Virus record (IMG/VR): IMGVR_UViG_3300010160_000055
Span: 1-56,479 of that record
DNA from: a virus
Taxonomy: Duplodnaviria > Caudoviricetes
Reading direction: 5' to 3' (one strand)
Length of the DNA stretch: 56,479 nt
Made by a program: the position numbers and the translations under genes. Position 1 is the stretch's first letter. The number at the start of each line of letters is the position of its first letter. Below, piece by piece: positions 48,820 to 56,479 of the stretch. A model generated the notes under the pieces. That model was not told the DNA's origin and did no database searches. It saw only the letters and a list, made by a program, of their open reading frames with translations.

Positions 48820-49253
48820 TACGCTCCAAATCTCTGTTTATCTTTTTCTACTGATGCTTTATAAACATCTCCTGCTCTCATCATAAAATCAAATTGCGAA
48901 ATATCTAACCCCGGTTCTGGAGCTGGTTTGAACTGTTCTATTGGGTTCATTCCTAATCCTGGTGCTTGAACCATGTCAGAAGTTGCACTTATCATGCTTT
49001 GATAGTCTCCTTGAGTCATTGAATACTTTGTCTCATTCATTAGATCTGCAATAGGATTTCCAGTTGGAATTGGTCTTGCTACTACAGGTTTATGTTCTGC
49101 ATACTTCGTTACAGTACTAGGCGTACCTTGTCCACCTACTCCTACTGGTGTAGATTTAGGTTTTACATCTTCAGAAAGAATTATCTCTAACTCCTCACGA
49201 ACTGCTTCTTTTACTGCTTCCTTAATTAATTTTTTTAACAAATCTAACTTCAT
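48819..49253 (-). CDS. Hypothetical protein with an MKLDLLKKLIKEAVKE leader
   Basis: Late motif 4 nt before the ATG. Confidence 0.6.
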   Translation of the reverse strand: MKLDLLKKLIKEAVKEAVREELEIILSEDVKPKSTPVGVGGQGTPSTVTKYAEHKPVVARPIPTGNPIADLMNETKYSMTQGDYQSMISATSDMVQAPGLGMNPIEQFKPAPEPGLDISQFDFMMRAGDVYKASVEKDKQRFGA

Positions 49254-49270
49254 ATTAATAAATAGTTATG

Positions 49271-50089
49271 TTATATTAATTGATTATCTATTTTAAATTT
49301 TATCTCATCTAACAATACCTGTGTTGAAGAACTAAAGGATGAAGGTCCTTTTAAAACTACTATTCCTCTATTATCTATTGCTGTAGCGTACCTTTTAGGT
49401 GCTATTTTAGAAGAATCTGCATCCTGTTGGATAGCTAGTGTGTAGGTTTTTCCTGTGGTTGGGTTTGTATGTATATAGTTAGGGTCGATATTTCCTTGTG
49501 CATCTTTTGGAGTTCCTTCAGATCCTGTATTTTCTTTTGGCTGTGCTTCACTTACTATTTTAGATAAGTCTGGTGATTGTTTACTGCATTCTTGAATTAA
49601 TGCATCTAACGACTGTAATCTGCTTTTTAAATTTGCTAGAGTACTTGATGCGTTATTTACTACCCCTTCTACTCCTGCTTTATCACCTTCTAATGCATCG
49701 ACTAACTTAGTAAACTTCTCTAATGTGTCACTATATTTTATAATAATATTTATAGGTATTCCTACTCCTCCAGATAGGGGAGGTATAATTGCTGTAGGTA
49801 TAGGTAAACTCTTAATTACAGTTATTGCTGCTCGTAGAGATACTATTATTCCATCAAAAGGTGCAACTATTCCTTTAAATACAGTAATTCTACTTTCAAA
49901 AGAATCTATAACACTAATTAAATTGTTTCTTTCTTTTATTATTTTTTGCAACTCAGTTGATGTAGGGCATTGACTTGAAAATTTAGAAACCATACCAAAT
50001 ACTCTTGATTGTACTTGTGCAGTCACTTTCCCTTGAACGGATCCTACCTGTCTTGCAACTATGCCTGATATTTGAGGAAGTAGTGCCAT
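49271..50089 (-). CDS. Hypothetical coiled-coil baseplate-associated protein
   Basis: Coupled to the gp5-like gene; hydrophobic hairpin PIPTAIIPPLSGGVGIP. Confidence 0.55.
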   Translation of the reverse strand: MALLPQISGIVARQVGSVQGKVTAQVQSRVFGMVSKFSSQCPTSTELQKIIKERNNLISVIDSFESRITVFKGIVAPFDGIIVSLRAAITVIKSLPIPTAIIPPLSGGVGIPINIIIKYSDTLEKFTKLVDALEGDKAGVEGVVNNASSTLANLKSRLQSLDALIQECSKQSPDLSKIVSEAQPKENTGSEGTPKDAQGNIDPNYIHTNPTTGKTYTLAIQQDADSSKIAPKRYATAIDNRGIVVLKGPSSFSSSTQVLLDEIKFKIDNQLI

Positions 50090-51246
50090 TATTCAGTAAA
50101 TACTTTTTTAGATTGAAATAACTTATACTGTGTTTTTAGAGATTGAATTGTTGCTTTTAAACTCGGTCCTGCTGCATTAAGTGATGGCACTGGCCCTCCT
50201 AATACTGATGTTGCAGTAGTCATAGATGTTGCTACGCTATCTAATGTATCTAATAATGCTCCTAGCCAATTTTCTAATTGTTTACCCAATACTGCAGGTT
50301 GCTGTGTACCTCCTGTAGACGTTCTTGCTTTTTTTCCTAAGTATATTTTTTTTGCATCAACACAGAAATAATCTGTAGCATCTAAGTTTAAGGTCTTTGC
50401 ATTTAATCCTACAGATTCTTTTGCAGATAATAAAATACTTTCTTCTTTTGCATTAAAGTATAATCTCCCTCCATTTAATATAACTTGATTCCCTTTATAT
50501 TGATTAGGGGCTGTAGGTTTTGTGTTATAAGAATCTCTTTTAGTATTTGCTGAGGTTATATTGATTCTATGGTCTGATAAAAAGTATAGTGAGTTTGGAT
50601 CTTTATCTATATCTTCAACAATATGATCTATTCCATTATCAGTTTTTAGCTGTCCATTACTTATTAAGATAGTAGGTTTAGAGTTATTACTCTCATCCAC
50701 TAATTTATTTTCAAGTGACATATTTCCACTTAATCTAATAGACTGTCCTTGTCTACCTTCTATTAAAATATCTCCTGGGAAGGGATACATAGGATTTATG
50801 TCTGCAAGTTCTTTTACATCCTTACCTAGTATAGTGCTGATATCTGTATTAGGTTCTGGGAGTGCATTGTGGTGATTACTTCCCCATAGGTTAACTACTG
50901 TTGAATAATACATGTCCCTAGTACTAACCTTCGATTGTATATCTGAGGTAGGCCCTTGTACGATGAGTACTACTTCGTTAAGTAAAGGGAATTGCTTCAT
51001 ATTAGTATACAAAGGCTGAGCTGGGTGCTCAGTGGCACCTGTACCTTTTTCTGCAGATATATCTCTATATACAATAGTACCTATAGGGAGTATGTTGCCA
51101 GCTGCATCTTTTATCTCTGTACTTTCATCTAAAGCTATCTTAATAACTCTACCGAAAACTAAAGATCCTTGCCCAGAACCTCCTCTACCGGTAGATTGTA
51201 CAAGACCTCCTACTTGATTGCCTAGAAAATAATTACCTCCAGCCAT
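50089..51246 (-). CDS. Baseplate hub/central spike protein (gp5-like, no lysozyme domain evident)
   Basis: N-terminal OB-like GRV..I...P..NE.V, GDILIEGRQGQSIRL, beta-helix-like repeats and PAVLG. Confidence 0.6.
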   Translation of the reverse strand: MAGGNYFLGNQVGGLVQSTGRGGSGQGSLVFGRVIKIALDESTEIKDAAGNILPIGTIVYRDISAEKGTGATEHPAQPLYTNMKQFPLLNEVVLIVQGPTSDIQSKVSTRDMYYSTVVNLWGSNHHNALPEPNTDISTILGKDVKELADINPMYPFPGDILIEGRQGQSIRLSGNMSLENKLVDESNNSKPTILISNGQLKTDNGIDHIVEDIDKDPNSLYFLSDHRINITSANTKRDSYNTKPTAPNQYKGNQVILNGGRLYFNAKEESILLSAKESVGLNAKTLNLDATDYFCVDAKKIYLGKKARTSTGGTQQPAVLGKQLENWLGALLDTLDSVATSMTTATSVLGGPVPSLNAAGPSLKATIQSLKTQYKLFQSKKVFTE

Positions 51247-51596
51247 TACTCTTCGTCTTTTTTATCTAACTGCTTCCCTAGCTCTTCACTCTGTTCCATT
51301 AACTTTGCAAGTTCTTCAGGGTTAAAAAAGTCTGCTTCAGACCCCTTTGCTCCTCCTTCAAGTCTTTGAACAAGTGCTACCATTTTAATAAGATGTTCGT
51401 CATTTTTTACTCCAACTTCTAAGTACTCTTTTATCATAGGTACAACCAAAGTTGCATCACCTATGTTCTCAACAAGAGGTTTTAACTCTCCGATAAGAGC
51501 ATTGATTTGCTTTTCTTTATTCTTATAATTATCGTAAATTTCTTTTAGAACATCAGAAACAGTCTTTTTTCCAAATATTGTTGTCTCTAATCCCAT
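51246..51596 (-). CDS. Small helical late protein, function unknown
   Basis: 116-aa ORF with the late motif 14 nt upstream. Confidence 0.6.
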   Translation of the reverse strand: MGLETTIFGKKTVSDVLKEIYDNYKNKEKQINALIGELKPLVENIGDATLVVPMIKEYLEVGVKNDEHLIKMVALVQRLEGGAKGSEADFFNPEELAKLMEQSEELGKQLDKKDEE

Positions 51597-51629
51597 AGTC
51601 TATTTATTATATAAATATCTGAAGATATA

Positions 51630-52328
51630 CTATTGAATAGTAAATCCTGCTTCTTGGTAGGATTTGTATACTTTATAAAATTCTTCTTTAAGTTTTGAGA
51701 TTACCTTAGTAAGTGTAGGGGTTTCGCAATCTGTCATTTCTCTAATATAAATGTACAGAGCTTTTTTTCTAAATATTTCTAAATCGTGCCTAGTTCTAAA
51801 AAGAGTAAGTATAGCATCTGCTACTTTCTGATCCTGCTCTTTAACAAAAAGTTGATCTATATTATCATAACTGTTCTCTACAAAGATATTTACTACTGTT
51901 GCTAATGTAATTCTTCTTTCTGAATCTACTAATCCTTCTACTTCGTAAGAATCTTCCATTTCTTCAAAAGATCCTACCTGTTTTAGCTTCTTGTAATTAC
52001 GGTTATTGTAATTAATAAGCCACCTTTTTACAATAGTTTGAAAGTAAGAAAATGCTTTAGCACCATTAGTAGAATCAAATCTATGTATCTTATCTTCTAC
52101 CAACATACTTACTACATCTAATTTCAAATCTTCTATACTATCTACATCTAAGTAGTAGAATTTAAAAGTATGTATAATATTCTCTGCTAATTTATAAAAA
52201 GGGAAATATATCTCTTCCTTAAAAACCTTATCCTTAAAAACAGGATAAGAGGATGCGTTATATCTTACGATTGCATCCTCTGTTTCTTGTGTAAAATAGT
52301 AATTATCTTTATTTTGCGGCTTTGCCAT
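51630..52328 (-). CDS. gp55: Late-transcription sigma factor (gp55-like)
   Basis: KLAENII...F.Y...D...FD....KAFSYF..I sigma region-2 pattern; likely start MAKPQ at 52328. Confidence 0.7.
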   Translation of the reverse strand: MAKPQNKDNYYFTQETEDAIVRYNASSYPVFKDKVFKEEIYFPFYKLAENIIHTFKFYYLDVDSIEDLKLDVVSMLVEDKIHRFDSTNGAKAFSYFQTIVKRWLINYNNRNYKKLKQVGSFEEMEDSYEVEGLVDSERRITLATVVNIFVENSYDNIDQLFVKEQDQKVADAILTLFRTRHDLEIFRKKALYIYIREMTDCETPTLTKVISKLKEEFYKVYKSYQEAGFTIQ

Positions 52329-52602
52329 AGTCTTCTGGGAGACGGTATTCATTTATTGTTTCTTGTATTTCTTTCATAAAATTAAAGAAGACTCCAACTT
52401 CATCATCTGACCTAAATGCACCTTTCTCATCTAATTGTTCAACATAAATTTTTGATTCATTAATAAGATACGCAACATTTCTTAAATAACCTACTTGGTA
52501 TTATATAATATCCTCTTGCTTTATTACTTTACGGTTTAGGTTGTAAATAATATACCCTAAAACTAAGATAACTATAACTAATACTGATAATAAAATCTCC
52601 AT
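52309..52602 (-). CDS. Single-TM coiled-coil protein, 97 codons with an in-frame TAA at 52501-52503 (not in ORF track)
   Basis: MEILLSVLVIVILVLGYIIYNLNRKVIKQEDII*YQVGYL...GAFRSDDEVGVFF...; exactly fills the gap. Confidence 0.7.
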
Positions 52603-52605
52603 TTC

Positions 52606-53343
52606 TTAAATATTTTTTACTAAATTCATTAATCCTTCTGAAGCATTAACTGTCTTACCAGTACTTGCTTTAGTCTTCTCTGCCTTATTCTCAGTAGTAC
52701 CTCCTTGACTTTTCCAAGTATCGTATTCTATTTTAGAAGCTAAGAAATCTGCATTATGGAGAATATATACTAAATTAGTTTTAAATTTAGCATCAGGACT
52801 AAAAGACATGTAATAAGGTTTATTTACATCATCATATAATCCATCATGTAATTTAATAGCTAAATACTCTCTCTCTGTTAATGGTATTCCACATTGTTGA
52901 AGAGTAAAAAGAGAGCGGTCTTGAATAAGCATGAAAGTTAAGTCCTTATTAGGGGTATACATTTCATTTAATTTATCCTGTCTCCATTTATCTGTCTGTT
53001 GTATATAGTTAGGTTTTCCTTTAGAACCTATTTTACCTAAATCATGATTAAGAGCAGCGAATACTAACTCTTCATCGGTAAAATCTATAGAAGTACCCAT
53101 TTCCTGCCAAAGAGCTTTAGTCTTTAAAGCACAATGAACAACACGATTAACATGGTCGATATATCCTCCCGGGAAAGCATTATGGTAAAAAGTTTTACCG
53201 GAGGCAGGAGCCACGATCATTTCATCGGACAGGTCAAGGTAAAGAGCTTTTAACTTCTCTTTACGATCTCCTGTTATAAAAGTATCTACAATTTTAAGAT
53301 GCTTTTCCCAATTCTTCTCTATTTGTTCTGCCGAAAGATTCAT
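52606..53343 (-). CDS. HD-domain phosphohydrolase (YhaM-like HD domain)
   Basis: HNAFPGGYIDH...HDLGK...LHDG...HNAD. Confidence 0.85.
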   Translation of the reverse strand: MNLSAEQIEKNWEKHLKIVDTFITGDRKEKLKALYLDLSDEMIVAPASGKTFYHNAFPGGYIDHVNRVVHCALKTKALWQEMGTSIDFTDEELVFAALNHDLGKIGSKGKPNYIQQTDKWRQDKLNEMYTPNKDLTFMLIQDRSLFTLQQCGIPLTEREYLAIKLHDGLYDDVNKPYYMSFSPDAKFKTNLVYILHNADFLASKIEYDTWKSQGGTTENKAEKTKASTGKTVNASEGLMNLVKNI

Positions 53344-53516
53344 TAGTCTTGATGCTCTGTATTTAGTAGAGTTCTCATATCCCCTATCTTCTCTAATAAC
53401 TCTTCCACTTTTACATACGCTTCCGCTTGTTCATTACGGTGAATATGATATCCTATTTTCTTTACTTCGGATTCAAATCTTTCTAATTTCTGTTCAAATA
53501 AGGTTTTGTTTCTCAT
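53343..53516 (-). CDS. Small helical protein, 57 aa (not in ORF track)
   Basis: MRNKTLFEQKLERFESEVKK...TEHQD; TAATG overlap with the HD gene. Confidence 0.65.
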   Translation of the reverse strand: MRNKTLFEQKLERFESEVKKIGYHIHRNEQAEAYVKVEELLEKIGDMRTLLNTEHQD

Positions 53517-53570
53517 TTTTTTATTTTTTATTTATTAATACTTCTTTATACTTTATAAATCCATATAGGG

Positions 53571-53601
53571 GTAAGTTATGAACTTTTTTTTTGGGAAACA
53601 A
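53571..53601 (-). promoter_or_regulatory. Bacteroidota-like promoter TTG-N20-TAACTTAC (divergent copy)
   Basis: Same spacing; precedes the HD/sigma operon. Confidence 0.45.
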
Positions 53602-53604
53602 CTC

Positions 53605-54258
53605 TTATGGTTCAAATGATATTTTTAACTCTTTTGTAATAGTTTCTTTATTTTCCCCTAAAGCTACCTCTATGTAAATTGTTGCTGTCATACCTTCAAA
53701 GTCATCAAAGAATACCATAGATTGCTGAGGATGGTATGTATATTTACTGTATTTAGCAAAATAAGTACGGTATGCTGGGTGATTTACATTAACGTTAGGG
53801 TTATGTTGAATTTCATATCCTGCTAAATTCTCTATAGTAACTTGTTGTACTAGTTGAGGGAATGTATAAGAAGCAGTTCCGTAAGGAATAGGTGTATTCA
53901 TTTGACTACTATTCCAAAGACCTAGGTACGAGTAAGTAGGGTAAGTCCATATAACATTTCCTAAAGTATAGAAGAAATTAGAGTCAAAACCTGTAGAAAC
54001 TAAAGGAACTCCATTTATAACGTAGTGTGGATCCAGCTCATTTATATTACCTTTTACTGTAAAGTAATCTAAATTAGCATGCTTTATATGCCAAACACCT
54101 TGAGCATCTTGGTAAGTTCCAGGGTGACCTAAAGTATCTATCCAGAATTCAGCCCCGCAATTACCATTTAAACAAACATTAGGTTCTAATTCAGGTGTTG
54201 AACAACTAAATACAAATAACGATACTACTAATAAAAATAAAATTCTTAACTGTTTCAT
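53605..54258 (-). CDS. Lipoprotein
   Basis: MKQLR + hydrophobic stretch + VFSC lipobox. Confidence 0.75.
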   Translation of the reverse strand: MKQLRILFLLVVSLFVFSCSTPELEPNVCLNGNCGAEFWIDTLGHPGTYQDAQGVWHIKHANLDYFTVKGNINELDPHYVINGVPLVSTGFDSNFFYTLGNVIWTYPTYSYLGLWNSSQMNTPIPYGTASYTFPQLVQQVTIENLAGYEIQHNPNVNVNHPAYRTYFAKYSKYTYHPQQSMVFFDDFEGMTATIYIEVALGENKETITKELKISFEP

Positions 54259-54280
54259 AATATATCTTTTTAATTATACC

Positions 54281-54311
54281 TAAATATACGAAGAAAAAAG
54301 GGAGGGGGCAA
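54281..54311 (-). promoter_or_regulatory. Bacteroidota-like promoter TTG-N20-TATATTTA
   Basis: TATATTTAGGTAT is shared with 55274 and 56450. Confidence 0.7.
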
Positions 54312-54404
54312 CTATTTTTTAAATTATTTTCGAAGAATCGCCGCGCAAGAATTTTTATATATCCTTCCCAAATACCTGTTAAGTTCGCAATATTTTTATA
54401 TATT

Positions 54405-55037
54405 TTAATAAGTAATAGGATTTCCTACAGAAAACACTGCTCCTATCTCTCGGACCTTATCAAAAGCCGTTAAAGGATCAAGGGTGAAGAACTCTCTAGA
54501 ATTGCCATGATCGGAATCTACCCTCTCGGAGGCAAAGAAATTATGAACGGCCTGTTCTACATAAAAAGCAGTACCCTTCTCCACCGGAAGAGCAAATTTT
54601 GGAACCCACTCCTCAACTGTCGCAGTAGCGTTAATTGACGTAACTCTCCTATGAACATCGTGAATGGTCATTCCTATCTTCACAAGTGAAGGATAACCGG
54701 GATTAACCAAGATATAGATATACTCGATATTATCCTTATTCTTATCCAATACCTTCTTATTCTCTATACCGTGAAGATATCTCCAGGAATATGTATTGGT
54801 ATCTTCATTTATAATACCTTCCGATACCTCTATGAGATATCTAGCCGAAAGGAAGTTAAGGAGTTTATCTGGGGATATATGTCTATGTTTGGTTTGTAGT
54901 CGAATGAAGTTCTCCTTCCATTGTTTTCCATCATCCCCGAAAGGGGAGATAGATTCCGAGGAAGCATCGACAATGTTTATCTCTCCGGACTCTACTAAAA
55001 CTCGGGCCTTTTCTAAAGTTATTTTATCTTTAAACAT
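54405..55037 (-). CDS. T5orf172 (GIY-YIG-like) domain protein
   Basis: YIYIL.N...LVKIGMT...R...EQAVH...REFF. Confidence 0.8.
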   Translation of the reverse strand: MFKDKITLEKARVLVESGEINIVDASSESISPFGDDGKQWKENFIRLQTKHRHISPDKLLNFLSARYLIEVSEGIINEDTNTYSWRYLHGIENKKVLDKNKDNIEYIYILVNPGYPSLVKIGMTIHDVHRRVTSINATATVEEWVPKFALPVEKGTAFYVEQAVHNFFASERVDSDHGNSREFFTLDPLTAFDKVREIGAVFSVGNPITY

Positions 55038-55040
55038 ACA

Positions 55041-55244
55041 CTACTCTTTTTGTCCGAAAATAAATGCTAAAAAGAAAAATACAAGAATAATAGGCCATAA
55101 CATGGTACAACCCCAAATCTCAAGTAAAGTAAAACGCGAACTTGACTTTGTGTAGTGAATGGCAATATCCATTAAAGCCGCTACAAGTACTCCTATTACT
55201 AAATAATTTACCGAAAAAATTGTGTTTAAAATAATCTCTAACAT
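55041..55244 (-). CDS. Small two-TM membrane protein
   Basis: Y.VIG...LWPI pattern; likely start MLEII, because the promoter occupies the upstream part of the called ORF. Confidence 0.6.
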   Translation of the reverse strand: MLEIILNTIFSVNYLVIGVLVAALMDIAIHYTKSSSRFTLLEIWGCTMLWPIILVFFFLAFIFGQKE

Positions 55245-55273
55245 AACTCTTATTTTTAATTGATTTCTATACC

Positions 55274-55304
55274 TAAATATAAGAATAAAGATCGTATGTA
55301 GCAA
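55274..55304 (-). promoter_or_regulatory. Bacteroidota-like promoter TTG-N20-TATATTTA
   Basis: Exact spacing match to 54281-54311. Confidence 0.7.
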
Positions 55305-55718
55305 CTATTTTATGAAAAAAAGTTCATAAAATTTATAAATAATTGCACATTTCTCATACATTTCGATTTCTTCATAGAGATTAAGCATTTCTTCCAAAGC
55401 GTATTTAATAGCCTGGGGTCCGAATTCATCTTTTAATTCCTCTACCGTATCTGATTGTATATCTTTAACCCTCTCAAGGTAATTTACAAGGCCGTTAAAG
55501 TACTTTATCTTTATAGAATCTCTTATGGAGTCATACCTCTCTCCGTATCTATTGGCATACATCTTATCTATAATAAAATAATTCTCCACACCTCTCACGG
55601 CCATACCAAAGAGTATAAAGGAATTATCAAGTAGATCCTCTATATGGTGTTCTTTAAAAACCTCTTCATCTCTTATGGAGAATATATTGAAAAGGTCATC
55701 ACTATTGAGCTTTTTCAT
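55305..55718 (-). CDS. Hypothetical protein with a C-terminal UVR-like E.YEKCA.I motif
   Basis: Likely start MKKLNS at 55718. Confidence 0.6.
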   Translation of the reverse strand: MKKLNSDDLFNIFSIRDEEVFKEHHIEDLLDNSFILFGMAVRGVENYFIIDKMYANRYGERYDSIRDSIKIKYFNGLVNYLERVKDIQSDTVEELKDEFGPQAIKYALEEMLNLYEEIEMYEKCAIIYKFYELFFIK

Positions 55719-55807
55719 CTTATATAAATATATACTTAACCTATAATGAAAAATTTTCCGGAAAAAAAACTGGAGGTAGTTGGAAAATTGACCAAAAGGT
55801 TCTATAT

Positions 55808-55839
55808 TAAATATAAGAAACAATTCTTCAGTAATACAA
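55808..55839 (-). promoter_or_regulatory. Bacteroidota-like promoter TTG-N21-TATATTTA
   Basis: Same -7 box; spacer is 21 nt. Confidence 0.55.
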
Positions 55840-56100
55840 CAATAGAGGTAGGTTAGGGGTATAGGTGGTAACCGTGCTAGGGTTTAGCAGCTATATAGAC
55901 CAAACTTTAGAGGGAGGACACCTTAGAGGACTTGGGAGGGATCTTAAGAATCTATAACAACATTTCTCTTAAAGCTATGTAGTATATATAAATATATACC
56001 CCCATACCTCAAATTTCATCAGAAATATCCTTCTCTATGTGGCGCAGGATCCCTGAGTGCCTACCCGTTGAGGGAACTAAACTATCAAACTTCTCTCAAC

Positions 56101-56133
56101 TTGACCTCACCGTGACGTCACCTTGACCTACTG
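56101..56133. repeat. Three imperfect 11-bp tandem repeats containing the palindrome GTGACGTCAC
   Basis: TTGACCTCACC / GTGACGTCACC / TTGACCTACTG. Confidence 0.6.
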
Positions 56134-56134
56134 C

Positions 56135-56163
56135 AAAAAAAAAGAGGCCTAAGCCCCCTCTTT
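56135..56163 (-). terminator. Intrinsic terminator overlapping the stop of 56149..56421
   Basis: AAAGAGG...CCTCTTT stem followed by a U-tract. Confidence 0.65.
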
Positions 56164-56421
56164 AAATTCTACCAAGTCCGAAAACTTATACCTTATTACT
56201 ACTTTCTTTTTCATTACGTAGGTGAATCCTTCAAACCCTGTCCTAGTAACCTTAGGTACATTACATTCATATTCACTCATTACTATTCTTTCATCTAGAG
56301 AAGATCTAGTTTGTCTCATCATACATCCAGCACTCTCGTTGTAAGAATAAGTACTTGCTCCTTTGTAAGTTGGTCCTCCTACTGTAAAAATTGTTCCGTT
56401 TAAGAATTGTTCTTTTGTCAT
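56149..56421 (-). CDS. Hypothetical early protein
   Basis: 90-aa ORF flanked by a promoter and a terminator. Confidence 0.65.
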   Translation of the reverse strand: MTKEQFLNGTIFTVGGPTYKGASTYSYNESAGCMMRQTRSSLDERIVMSEYECNVPKVTRTGFEGFTYVMKKKVVIRYKFSDLVEFKEGA

Positions 56422-56449
56422 AATGTTTATCTTTTTAATTATTGATACC

Positions 56450-56479
56450 TAAATATAAGAACTATTATTTAATTAAGCA
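56450..56479 (-). promoter_or_regulatory. Bacteroidota-like promoter (T)TG-N20-TATATTTA, cut by the window edge
   Basis: Same -7 box and spacing. Confidence 0.65.

Noticed and set aside
51246-51596. Terminase small subunit call
   Set aside because: Size and helicity fit, but there is no diagnostic motif and it lies far from terL; left as hypothetical.
10723-52503. Stop-codon reassignment of TAA
   Set aside because: Only four in-frame TAAs occur in 56 kb, TAA is the normal stop of most genes here, the implied residues differ (Ser versus Glu), and frameshifts of similar character co-occur.
54330-54392. GC-rich spot TCGCCGCGCAAG ... TTCGCAA in an intergenic gap
   Set aside because: No stable hairpin or second copy was found in the window, so no function can be supported.
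272-55155. All plus-strand ORFs in the track, and minus-strand ORF 35713..35958
   Set aside because: They are antisense or off-frame shadows of well-supported minus-strand genes, with no recognisable motifs.
1-56479. tRNA, rRNA, integrase or transposase genes
   Set aside because: None were recognised by eye, and most intergenic gaps are too short. tRNAscan-SE or Infernal would be needed to exclude them fully.

Overview
This window is a 56-kb segment of a large T4-superfamily (myovirus-type) phage genome, with every credible gene on the minus strand. The host is probably in Bacteroidota, judging by TTG-N20-TAnnTTTA promoters, the absence of Shine-Dalgarno sites, a lipoprotein and an MBG domain. 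In transcription order (right to left) it holds: early/accessory genes (T5orf172, lipoprotein, HD hydrolase); a gp55-like late sigma factor; the baseplate cluster (gp5-like, gp25, gp6, wedge); tail-fibre and adhesin genes; a ~16-kb accessory block (ferritin, kinase, primase, PD-(D/E)xK exonuclease, two Pol-beta nucleotidyltransferases, a four-enzyme polyprotein, HAD nucleotidase, flavodoxin-like protein, nuclease-fold proteins); and terminase, portal, prohead protease, scaffold, major capsid, PhoH, neck genes gp13/14/15 and another fibre. The most interesting signal is a family of short leaders ending in (L/I/V)-x-E on about 18 proteins, plus modular polyproteins and a scaffold insert separated by the same motif. 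Together these suggest an enzyme and peptide payload that is packaged in the capsid and processed by the prohead protease. The putative late promoter is TATTTAT, the reverse complement of the T4 core motif. Four in-frame TAA stops and four frameshifts break seven genes, several of them essential. Most look like C>A / C-loss lesions (probable sequence damage or error), not recoding. Family assignments come from motif recognition by eye; no searches were run.
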